Assembly (NCBI RefSeq): GCF_006345805.1
Contig: NW_021827052.1
Coordinates: 1-11,369, forward strand
Direction: 5' to 3'
DNA from: Octopus sinensis
Taxonomy: Eukaryota
Length of the DNA: 11,369 nt
This document shows, in pieces, positions 1 to 9,989 of this stretch. Numbering within the stretch: position 1 is the stretch's first letter; each line of letters begins with the position of its first letter. A program made the translations under genes and the position numbers. Below the pieces are notes generated by a model. It saw only the letters and a list, made by a program, of their open reading frames with translations. It searched no databases and was not told where the DNA came from.

Positions 1-3000
1 CCCTAGGTGTGAGAAATGGGGTGACTTGAGATTATAAATGAATTGCCTAATATTTTATGCAATTTTTCGGAGTTCCCTAGATGTGAGCATAGTGGGGTAC
101 TTGAGATTATGCAATAAATACGTAATAATTTATGCAATTTTTGGGAGCTCCCTAGATGTGAGCATATGCAGGTATTTGAGATTATGCAATAAATTGCGTA
201 TATATTATCCAATTTTGGAAGCTCCCTAGTGTGAGAAAATGGGGTTACTTGAGATTATAAATGATATGTATATTTTATGCAATTTTTCGGAGTTCCCTAG
301 ATGTGAGCATATGGGGTATTTGAGATTATATAATAAATTACGTAATATATTATGCACTTTTGGGAGGTCCCTAGATGTGAGCATGTGGGGGTATTTGAGA
401 TTATATAATAAATTACGTAATATATTATGCAATTTTGGGGGTCCCTAGATGCGTACATATGGGGGTATTTGAGAATATAATAAATTACGTATATATTATG
501 CAATTTGGGAGGTCCCTAGATGTGAGCATGTGCGGGTATTTGAGATTTATATAAATTACGTAATATATTATGCATTTTGGGAGGTCCCTAGATGTGTACA
601 TATGGGGGTACTTGAGATTATGTAATAAATTGCGTATTATATTATTCATTTTGGGAAGTCCCTAGATGTGAGCTATGGGGGTACTTGAGATTATGTAATA
701 AATTCGTAATATATTATTTATTTTGGGAGGTCCCTAAATTTGAGCATATGGGGTACGTGAGATTATGCAATAAATTACGTAATATTTTATGCAATTTTGG
801 GAGGTCCCTAGATGTGTACATATGGGGATACTTGAGATTATGCAATAAATTACGTAATATTTTATGCAATTTTGGGAGCTCCCTAGATGTGAGAAAATGG
901 GGTTACTTAAGATTATAAAATGAATTGCCTAATATTTTATGCATTTTTCGGAGTTCCCCTAGATGTGAGCATATGTGGGTACTTGAGATTATGCAATAAA
1001 TTAAGTAATATTTATGCAATTTTGGGAGCTCCCTAGATGTGAGCATATGCAGGTATTTGAGATATGCAATAAATTGGGTAATATATTATCCAATTTTGGA
1101 AGCTCCCTAGGTGTGAGAAAATGGTTACTTGAGATTATAAATGAATTGCCTAATATTTTATGCAATTTTTCGGAGTTCCCTAGATGTGTATGGGGGTATT
1201 TGAGATTATATAATAATTACGTAATATTATGCAATTTGGGGAGGTCCCTAAATTGAGCATATGGGGGTACGTGAGATTATGCAATAAATTACGTAATATT
1301 TTATGCAATTTTGGAGGTCCCTAGATGTGTACATATGGGGTACTTTGAGATATGCAATAAATTACGTAATATTTTATGCAATTTTGGGAGCTCCCTAGAT
1401 GTGAGCATATGCAGGTATTTGAGATTATGCAATAAATTGCGTAATATTTAATGCAATTTTGGGAGGTCCCTAGATGTGAGCATATGTGGGTACTTGAGAT
1501 TATGTAATAAATTGCGTATTATATTATTCATTTTGGGAAGTCCCTAGATGTGAGCATATGGGGGTACTTGAGATTATGCAATAAATTACGTAATATATTA
1601 TTTATTTTGGGAGCTCCCTAGATGTGAGCATATGGGGGTACTTGAGATTATGTAATAAATTGCGTAATATATTATTTATTTTGGGAGGTCCCTAAATTTG
1701 AGCATATGGGGGTACGTGAGATTATGCAATAAATTACGTAATATTTTATGCAATTTTGGGAGGTCCCTAGATGTGTACATATGGGGGTACTTGAGATTAT
1801 GCAATAAATTACGTAATATTTTATGCAATTTTGGGAGCTCGCTAGATGTGAGCATATGCAGGTATTTGAGATTATGCAATAAATTGCGTAATATTTAATG
1901 CAATTTTGGGAGGTCCCTAGATGTGAGCATATGTGGGTACTTGAGATTATGTAATAAATTGCGTATTATATTATTCATTTTGGGAAGTCCCTAGATGTGA
2001 GCATATGGGGGTACTTGAGATTATGCAATAAATTACGTAATATATTATGCAATTTTGGGAGGTCCCTAGATGTGAGCATATGGGGGTACTTGAGATTATG
2101 CAATAAATTACTTAATATTTCATGCAATTTTGGAAGCTCCCTAGATGTGAACATATGCAGGTACTTGAGATTATGCAATAAATTACGTAATATATTATGC
2201 AATTTTGGGAGGTCCCTAGATGTGAGCATATGTAGGTACTTGAGATTATGAAATAAATTACGTAATATTTTATGCAATTTTGGGAGCTCCCTAGATGTGA
2301 GCATATGTGGGTACTTGAGATTATGTAATAAATTGCGTAATATATTATTTATTTTGGGAGGTCCCTAATGTGAGCATATTGGGTACGTGAGATTATGAAT
2401 AAATTACGTATATATTATTTATTTTTGGAGGTCCCTAGATGTGAGCATATGTGGGTACTTGAGATTATGTAATAAATTACGTAATATATTATGCAATTTT
2501 GTGAGGTCCCTAGATGTGTACATATGCAGGTACTTGAGATTATGCAATAAATTACTTAATATTTCATGCAATTTTGGAAGCTCCCTAGATGTGTACATAT
2601 GCCGGTACTTGAGATTATGCAATAAATTACGTAATATATTATGCAATTTTGGGAGGTCCCAAGATGTGAGCATATGTAGGTACTTGAGATTATGTAATAA
2701 ATTGCGTATTATATTATTAATTTTGGGAAGTCCCTAGATGTGAGCATATGGGGGTATTTGAGATTATGTAATAAATTGCGTAATATATTATGCAATTTTG
2801 GGATGTCCCTAAATGTGAGCATATGGGGGTAGTTGAGATTATGCAATAAATTACGTAATATTTAATGCAATTTTGGGAGGTCCCTAGATGTGAGCATATG
2901 GGGGTACTTTAGATTATGTAATAAATTCCGTAATATTTAATGCAATTTTTGGAGTTCCCTAGATGTGAGCATATGTGGGTACTTGAGATTATGTAATAAA

Positions 3001-6000
3001 TTGCGCTATATATTATTTATTTTTGGAAGTCCCTCGATGTGAGCATATGGGGGTATTTGAGATTATGTAATAAATTCCGTAATATTTAATGCAATTTTGG
3101 GAGTTCCCTAGATGTGAGCATATATGGGTACTTGAGATTATGTAATAAATTGCGCTATATATTATTTATTTTTGGAAGTCCCTCGATGTGAGCATATGGG
3201 TGTATTTGAGATTATGTAATAAATTCCGTAATATATTATGCAATTTTGGGAGGTCGCTAGATGTGAGCATATGTGGGTGCTTGAGATTATTTAATAAATT
3301 CCGTTATATATTATTCATTTTGGGAAGTCCCTAGATGTGAGCATATGGGGGTACTTGAGATTATGCAATAAATTACGTAATATTTTATGCAATTTTGGGA
3401 GCTCCCTAGATGTGAGCATATGCAGGTATTTGAGATTATGCAATAAATTGCGTAATATATTATCCAATTTTGGAAGCTCCCTAGGTGTGAGAAAATGGGG
3501 TTACTTGAGATTATATAATAAATTCCGTAATATATTATGCAATTTTGGGAGGTCCCTAGATGTGTACATATGCGGGTACTTGAGATTATGCAATAAATTA
3601 CGTAATATATTATGCAATTTTGGGAGGTCCCTAGATGTGTACATATGCAGGTACTTGAGATTATGCAATAAATTACGTAATATATTATGCAATTTTGGGA
3701 GGTCCCAAGATGTGAGCATATGTAGGTACTTGAGATTATGAAATAAATTACGTAATATTTTATGCAATTTTGGGAGCTCCCTAGATGTGAGCATATGTGG
3801 GTACTTGAGATTATGTAATAAATTGCGTAATATATTATTTATTTTGGGAGGTCCCTAAATTTAGCATATGGGCTACGTGAGATTATGCAATAAATTACGT
3901 ATATATTATTTATTTTGGGAGGTCCCTAGATGTGAGCATATGTGGGTACTTGAGATTATGTAAAATTACGTAATATATTATGCAATTTTGAGAGGTCCCT
4001 AGATGTGAGCATATGTGGGTACTTGAGATTATGTAATAAATTACGTATATATTTGCAATTTTGGGAGGTCCCTAGATGTGTACATATGCGGGTACTTGAG
4101 ATTATTCAATAAATTACGTAATATATTATGCAATTTTGGGAGTCCCTAGATGTGTACATATGCAGGTACTTGAGATTATGCAATAAATTACGTATATATT
4201 ATGCAATTTGGGAGGTCCCAGATGTGAACATATGTAGGTACTTGAGATTATGAAATAAATTACGTAATATTTTATGCAATTTTGGGAGCTCCCTAGATGT
4301 GAGCATATGTGGGTACTTGAGATTATGTAATAAATTGCGTAATATATTATTTATTTTGGGAGGTCCCTAAATTTAAGCATATTGGGCTACGTGAGATTAT
4401 GCAATAAATTACGTAATATATTATTTATTTTGGGAGGTCCCTAGATGTGAGCATATGTGGGTACTTGAGATTATGTAATAAATTACGTAATATATTATGC
4501 AATTTTGGGAGGTCCCTAGATGTGAGCATATGTGGGTACTTGAGATTATGTAATAAATTACGTAATATATTATGCAATTTTGTGAGGTCCCTAGATGTGT
4601 ACATATGCAGGTACTTGAGATTATGCAATAAATTACGTAATATATTATGCAATTTTGGGAGGTCCCAAGATGTGAGCATATGTAGGTACTTGAGATTATG
4701 AAATAAATTACGTAATATTTTATGCAATTTTGGGAGCTCCCTAGATGTGAGCATATGTGGGTACTTGAGATTATGTAATAAATTGCGTAATATATTATTT
4801 ATTTTGGGAGGTCCCTAAATTTAAGCATATTGGGCTACGTGAGATTATGCAATAAATTACGTAATATATTATTTATTTTGGGAGGTCCCTAGATGTGAGC
4901 ATATGTGGGTACTTGAGATTATGTAAAAATTACGTAATATATTATGCAATTTTGTGAGGTCCCTAGATGTGAGCATATGTGGGTACTTGAGATTATGTAA
5001 TAAATTCCGTAATATATTATGCAATTTTGGGAGGTCCCTAGATGTGAGCATATGTGGGTACTTGAGATTATGCAATAAATTACTTAATATTTCATGCAAT
5101 TTTGGAAGCTCCCTAGATGTGTACATATGCAGGTACTTGAGATTATGCAATAAATTACGTAATATATTATGCAATTTTGGGAGGTCCCAAGATGTGAGTA
5201 TATTTAGGTACTTGAGATTATGTAATAAATTGCGTAATATATTATGCAATTTTGGGATGTCCCTAAATGTGAGCATATGGGGGTAGTTGAGATTATGCAA
5301 TAAATTACGTAATATTTAATGCAATTTTGGGAGGTCCCTAGATGTGAGCATATGGGGGTACTTTAGATTATGTAATAAATTCCGTAATATTTAATGCAAT
5401 TTTGGGAGTTCCCTAGATGTGAGCATATGTGGGTACTTGAGATTATGTAATAAATTGCGCTATATATTATTTATTTTTGGAAGTCCCTCGATGTGAGTAT
5501 ATGGGGGTATTTGAGATTATGTAATAAATTCCGTAATATTTAATGCAATTTTGGGAGTTCACTAGATGTGAGCATATATGGGTACTTGACATTATGTAAT
5601 AAATTGCGCTATATATTATTTATTTTTGGAAGTCCCTCGATGTGAGCATATGTGTGTATTTGAGATTATGTAATAAATTCCGTAATATATTATGCAATTT
5701 TGGGAGGTCGCGAGATGTCAGCATATGTGGGTGCTTGAGATTATTTAATAAATTCCGTTATATATTATTCATTTTGGGAAGTCCCTAGATGTGAGCATAT
5801 GGGGGTGCTTGAGATTATTTAATAAATTCCGTTATATATTATTCATTTTGGGAAGTCCCTAGATGTGAGCATATGCAGGTATTTGAGATTATGCAATAAA
5901 TTGCGTAATATATTATGCAATTTTGGAAGCTCCCTAGGTGTGAGAAAATGGGGTTACTTGAGATTATAAAATGAATTGCCTAATATTTTATGCAATTTTT

Positions 6001-8884
6001 CGGAGTTCCCTAGATGTGAGCATATGTGGGTACTTGAGATTATGCAATAAATTACGTAATATTTTATGCAATTTTGGGAGCTCCCTAGATGTGAGCATAT
6101 GCAGGTATTTGAGATTATGCAATAAATTGCGTAATATATATCCAATTTTGGAAGCTCTCTAGGTGTGAGAAAATGGGGTTACTTGAGATTATAAAATGAA
6201 TTGGCCTAATTTTATGCAATTTTTCGGAGTTCCCTAGATTTATGGGGGGTATTTGAGATTATATAATATTACGTAATATATTATGCAATTATAGGAGGTC
6301 CCTAGATGTGAGCATGTGCGGGTATTTGAGATTATATAATAAATTACGTAATATATTATGCATTTTGGGAGTCCCTAGATGTGTACATATGGGGGTACTT
6401 GAGATTATGTAATAAATTGCGTATTATATTATTCATTTTGGGAAGTCCCTTGATGTGAGCATATGGGGTTACTTGAGATTATAAAATGAATTGCCTAATA
6501 TTTTATGCAATTTTTCGGAGTTCCCTAGATGTGAGCATATGTGGGTACTTGAGATTATGCAATAAATTAAGTAATATTTATGCAATTTTGGGAGCTCTAG
6601 ATGTGAGCATATGCAGGTATTTGAGATTATGCAATAAATTGGGTAAATATTATCCAATTTTGGAAGCTCCCTAGGTGTGAGAAAATGGGGTTACTTGAGA
6701 TTATAAAATGAATTGCCTAATATTTTATGCAATTTTTCGGAGTTCCCTAGATGTGAGCATATGTGGGTACTTGAGATTATGCAATAAATTACGTAATATT
6801 TTATGCAATTTTGGGAGGTCCCTAGATGTGTACATATGGGGGTACTTGAGATTATGCAATAAATTACGTAATATTTTATGCAATTTTGGGAGCTCCCTAG
6901 ATGTGTACATATGCAGGTATTTGAGATTATGCAATAAATTGCGTAATATTTAATGCAATTTTGGGAGGTCCCTAGATGTGAGCATATGTGGGTACTTGAG
7001 ATTATGTAATAAATTGCGTAATATATTATTTATTTTGGGAGGTCCCTAAATTTGAGCATATGGGGGTACGTGAGATTATGCAATAAATTACGTAATATTT
7101 TATGGAATTTTGGGAGGTCCCTAGATGTGTACATATGGGGGTACTTGAGATTATGCAATAAATTACGTAATATTTTATGCAATTTTGGGAGCTCCCTAAA
7201 TGTGAGAAAATGGGGTTACTTGAGATTATGCAATAAATTACGTAATATTTTATGCAATTTTGGGAGCTCCCTAAATGTGAGAAAATGGGGTTACTTGAGA
7301 TTATAAAATGAATTGCCTAATATTTTATGCAATTTTCGGAGTTCCCTAGATGTGAGCATATGTGGGTACTTGAGATTATGCAATAAATTACGTAATATTT
7401 CATGCATTTTGGGAGTTCCCTAGATGTGAGCATATGCAGGATTTGAGATTATGCAATAAATTGCGTAATATATTATCCTATTTGGAAGCTCCCTAGGTGT
7501 GAGAAAATGGGGTTACTTGAGATTATAAAATGAATTGCCTAATATTTTATGCAATTTTTCGGAGTTCCCTAGATGTGAGCATATGGGGGTATTTGAGATT
7601 ATATAATAAATTACGTAATATATTATGCAATTTTGGGAGGTCCCTAGATGTGAGCATGTGGGGGTATTTGAGATTATATAATAAATTACGTAATATATTA
7701 TGCAATTTTGGGAGGTCCCTAGATGTGTACATATGGGGGTACTTGAGATTATGCAATTAATTACCTAATATTTTATGCAATTTTGGGAGCTCCCTAGATG
7801 TGAGCATATGCAGGTACGTGAGATTATGCAATAAATTACGTAATATTTTATGCAATTTTGGGAGGTCCCTAGATGTGTACATATGGGGGTACTTGAGATT
7901 ATGCAATAAATTACGTAATATTTTATGCAATTTTGGGAGCTCCCTAGATGTGAGCATATGCAGGTATTTGAGATTATGCAATAAATTGCGTAATATATTA
8001 TGCAATTTTGGAAGCTCCCTAGGTGTGAGAAAATGGGGTTACTTGAGATTATATAATAAATTACGTAAGGGAGGTCCCTAGATGTGTACATATGGGGGTA
8101 CTTGAGATTATGCAATAAATTACGTAATATTTTATGCAATTTTGGGAGCTCCCTAGATGTGAGCATATGCAGGTATTTGAGATTATGCAATAAATTGCGT
8201 AATATATTATGCAATTTTGGAAGCTCCCTAGGTGTGAGAAAATGGGGTTACTTGAGATTATAAAATGAATTGCCTAATATTTTATGCAATTTTTCGGAGT
8301 TCCCTAGATGTGAGCATATGTGGGTACTTGAGATTATGCAATAAATTACGTAATATTTTATGCAATTTTGGGAGCTCCCTAGATGTGAGCATATGCAGGT
8401 ATTTGAGATTATGCAATAAATTGCGTAATATATTATCCAATTTTGGAAGCTCCCTAGGTGGAGAAAATGGGGTTACTGAGATTATAAAATGAATTGCCTA
8501 ATATTTTATGCAATTTTTCCGAGTTCCCTAGATGTGAGCATATGGGGGTATTTGAGATTATATAATAAATTACGTAATATATTATGCAATTTTGGGAGGT
8601 CCCTAGATGTGAGCATGTGGGGGTATTTGAGATTATATAATAAATTACGTAATATATTATGCAATTTTGGGAGGTCCCTAGATGCGTGCATATGGGGGTA
8701 CTTGAGATTATGCAATAAATTACGTAATATTTTATGCAATTTTGGGAGCTCCCTAGATGTGAGCATATGCAGGTATTTGAGATTATGCAATAAATTGCGT
8801 AATATTTAATGCAATTTTGGGAGGTCCCTAGATGTGAGCATATGGGGGTACTTGAGATTATGTAATAAATTGCGTAATATATTA
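1..8884. repeat. Satellite DNA array, 74/75-bp monomer, ~118 copies
   Basis: Consensus CCCTAGATGTGAGCATATGGGGGTACTTGAGATTATGCAATAAATTACGTAATATATTATGCAATTTTGGGAGGT (75 bp). CCCTAG anchors at 1989 and 2064 are 75 bp apart; monomers with TTATTTATTTTGGG are 74 bp (4365 to 4439). The 25-aa periodicity of the ORF track matches. The array extends past the left edge. Confidence 0.98.
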
Positions 8885-8910
8885 TGTCGCGACCCACGCT
8901 GGCGACCATC
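8885..8910 (+). repeat. Terminal inverted repeat (26 bp) TGTCGCGACCCACGCTGGCGACCATC
   Basis: Exact reverse complement of 9964-9989; GC-rich against an AT-rich background; identical sequence starts copy 2 at 10126. Confidence 0.97.
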
Positions 8911-8977
8911 CCACGCTGGCGACCAGAGCGACCTTCATTGTTGACAAGATTGACATGGCGACCTACATAGTTTGACA
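8889..8977 (+). repeat. Subterminal repeats at the left end (probable transposase-binding sites)
   Basis: CCCACGCTGGCGACCA at 8893-8908 and 8910-8925; GCGACC at 8889, 8902, 8919, 8928, 8958; TTGACA at 8941, 8950, 8972. Binding function is inferred. Confidence 0.75.
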
Positions 8978-9201
8978 CTAATTACTGACTAAAGATAATT
9001 GCTGAAAAATCAAAAAACTTAACATTTTTTTATCTCTATTCATAGTAACTATTTTGTAATTCGAACTAAATGTTTGTTAGGAAAGACAACTAACCATTAA
9101 TCTGTATTTAGACATTATATTTTTCCCTTTTCTTCATATGGGGATTCAAATCTGTGTAGCTTCAATGACGGATTCGTCCCACAATCTTTTATTATTCGTT
9201 T

Positions 9202-9228
9202 CTAAAAATAAATATATCGTAAATTTAC
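9202..9228 (-). other. Putative 27-nt mini-intron 4
   Basis: GTAAATTTACGATATATTTATTTTTAG: GTAAAT donor, T-rich tract and TAG. Removal gives DELN|ETNNK. Splice sites are conserved in copy 2 (10452-10478). Confidence 0.62.
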
Positions 9229-9270
9229 CATTAAGTTCATCTTCGACAAACAATGCCTCGTTATTTTCAT

Positions 9271-9294
9271 CTAAATTATAAATAAGATTATAAC
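9271..9294 (-). other. Putative 24-nt mini-intron 3
   Basis: GTTATAATCTTATTTATAATTTAG: GT...TTTAG, very AT-rich. Removal gives EIP|DENNE. The length is 3n and it has no stop, so frame logic cannot confirm it. Confidence 0.55.
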
Positions 9295-9558
9295 CTGGTA
9301 TTTCATAAATCACAGTGTTAATTCCAGAAATACCCATAAACTTTTGAAGCGGGTCTCATTGATCGCCGAGTGGTGTGTCGTATTATAGGAAAAAGTTACT
9401 ATTTAGTTAAAGCGCTCAATTACACCCTAATTTATTTCAAATTTATTCCTCGCATAGTTGAGCCATAAGTTGGTTTTTAAATTCCAACCCGTTGTCCGTT
9501 TGCAAGATCTGACAATATCCAATTTGATAAAACAATTTTTGGAATTTATTCACCACTT

Positions 9559-9582
9559 CTTCAATTAAATTTCAAGTCTTAC
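9559..9582 (-). other. Putative 24-nt spliceosomal mini-intron 2
   Basis: GTAAGACTTGAAATTTAATTGAAG: GTAAG donor, AAG acceptor, in-frame TGA inside. Removal gives TCT G|AA GTG = KNKTASEVVNKF, matching the integrase K-x-K-T-A-x-E-V pattern. Confidence 0.75.
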
Positions 9583-9767
9583 CAGAAGCAGTTTTATTTT
9601 TTAAAGATTTGCAGGACGTTTTACAGTGAAATAGAATTCACTGCACTTTTTCTGAAGCTTTCGTATTCCCTAGTGGGATTCTTGGTGAATGGAGAATGTT
9701 AGTGTCCTCATCTCCATTTCAAATGACCAATTTGTGTTTTTGGTTATTCTCGTCCTTTAGATAAAGA

Positions 9768-9793
9768 CTATGAGTTAGGAGTCGCAAATATAC
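9768..9793 (-). other. Putative 26-nt spliceosomal mini-intron 1
   Basis: GTATATTTGCGACTCCTAACTCATAG: GT...TAG with a CTAAC branch-like motif. Removal restores the frame and gives GAT CG|T CTT TAT = FIIINDRLYLK. Confidence 0.75.
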
Positions 9794-9929
9794 CGATCAT
9801 TAATAATGATAAATTGAGTCGCTTTTTTCATGCTAACATATTTTGAGAGAAACCATAATTTTTTTTCTAAAATGACGCTAAACCATTTCTTAAAATGAAT
9901 TTTTTCCGGTTTAAATTAAATAACTAATC

Positions 9930-9970
9930 ACCTGTCAAACTGAAGGTCATAACCTGTCAAACTGATGGTC
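9930..9970 (-). repeat. Subterminal 19-bp direct repeats at the right end
   Basis: ACCTGTCAAACTGAAGGTC (9930-9948) and ACCTGTCAAACTGATGGTC (9952-9970), 22-bp period. They contain TGTCAA, the inverse of the left-end TTGACA motif. Confidence 0.8.
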
Positions 9971-9989
9971 GCCAGCGTGGGTCGCGACA
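9964..9989 (-). repeat. Terminal inverted repeat (26 bp) GATGGTCGCCAGCGTGGGTCGCGACA
   Basis: Exact reverse complement of 8885-8910, followed directly by the TATTA duplication. Confidence 0.97.

Larger units (their letters stand above)
9146..9831 (-). pseudogene. Decayed DDE integrase-like transposase (rve/integrase core)
   Basis: Manual minus-strand translation gives, in order: MKKATQFIIINDR|LYLKDENNQKHKLV; SIHQESH*GIRKLQKKCSEFYFTVKR (first half of an HHCC zinc motif, H at 9687 and 9675); KSLKNKTAS|EVVNKFQKLFYQIGYCQILQTDNGLEFKNQLMAQLC (second catalytic D at 9494-9496); N*GVIERFN* (catalytic E at 9415-9417); FSYNTTHHSAINET; then after a frameshift PLQKFMGISGINT and an acidic tail. The CC half of HHCC, the first catalytic D and the usual P-x-H/x-P-Q motif are missing. 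D-to-E distance is 79 bp rather than the 108 bp expected for D-35-E. Confidence 0.88.
8885..9989 (-). mobile_element. Internally deleted (non-autonomous) DNA transposon, 1105 bp, Ginger2/TDD-like
   Basis: Perfect 26-bp TIRs with TGT...ACA termini. TATTA is duplicated at 8880-8884 and 9990-9994; removing the element plus one TATTA restores the intact monomer GCGTAATATATTATTTATTTTGGG seen at ~7017-7040. Integrase-type DDE remnants lie inside. TGT termini, 4-5-bp TSD and an integrase-like transposase are described features of Ginger2/TDD, but the family call is by motif only. Confidence 0.9.

Noticed and set aside
3-8809. Many 60-150-aa ORFs with 25-aa periodicity, some superficially LRR-like (LPKLHNILRNLLHNLKYLHM)
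   Set aside because: They arise because 75 is divisible by 3. They occur on both strands, are broken by 74-bp monomers and by variant stops, and show no codon-position constraint.
1-8884. CRISPR array
   Set aside because: The whole 74/75-bp unit repeats; there are no unique spacers, no leader and no cas genes.
8941-8977. TTGACA motifs as bacterial -35 promoter boxes
   Set aside because: They are clustered subterminally and mirrored at the other end as TGTCAA, which fits transposase-binding sites. The context (introns, satellite, microsatellite) is eukaryotic.
8454-8978. 174-aa minus-strand ORF
   Set aside because: It reads from the transposon end across the TIR into the satellite; a chimeric chance ORF.
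9146-9337. 63-aa ORF (and the 76-aa ORF at 10237-10467) as independent genes
   Set aside because: They are fragments of the transposon's 3' region that read through putative introns, and the two copies differ in frame.
9834-9890. Possible extra N-terminal exon (RHFRKK) and a 21-nt GT...TAG intron
   Set aside because: No splice I could find joins it in frame to KKATQF, so it is not supportable.
8885-9989. Tc1/mariner element with TA TSD, or solo LTR
   Set aside because: The empty-site comparison requires a 5-bp duplication, not 2 bp. The 26-bp inverted termini and internal integrase remnants do not fit a solo LTR.
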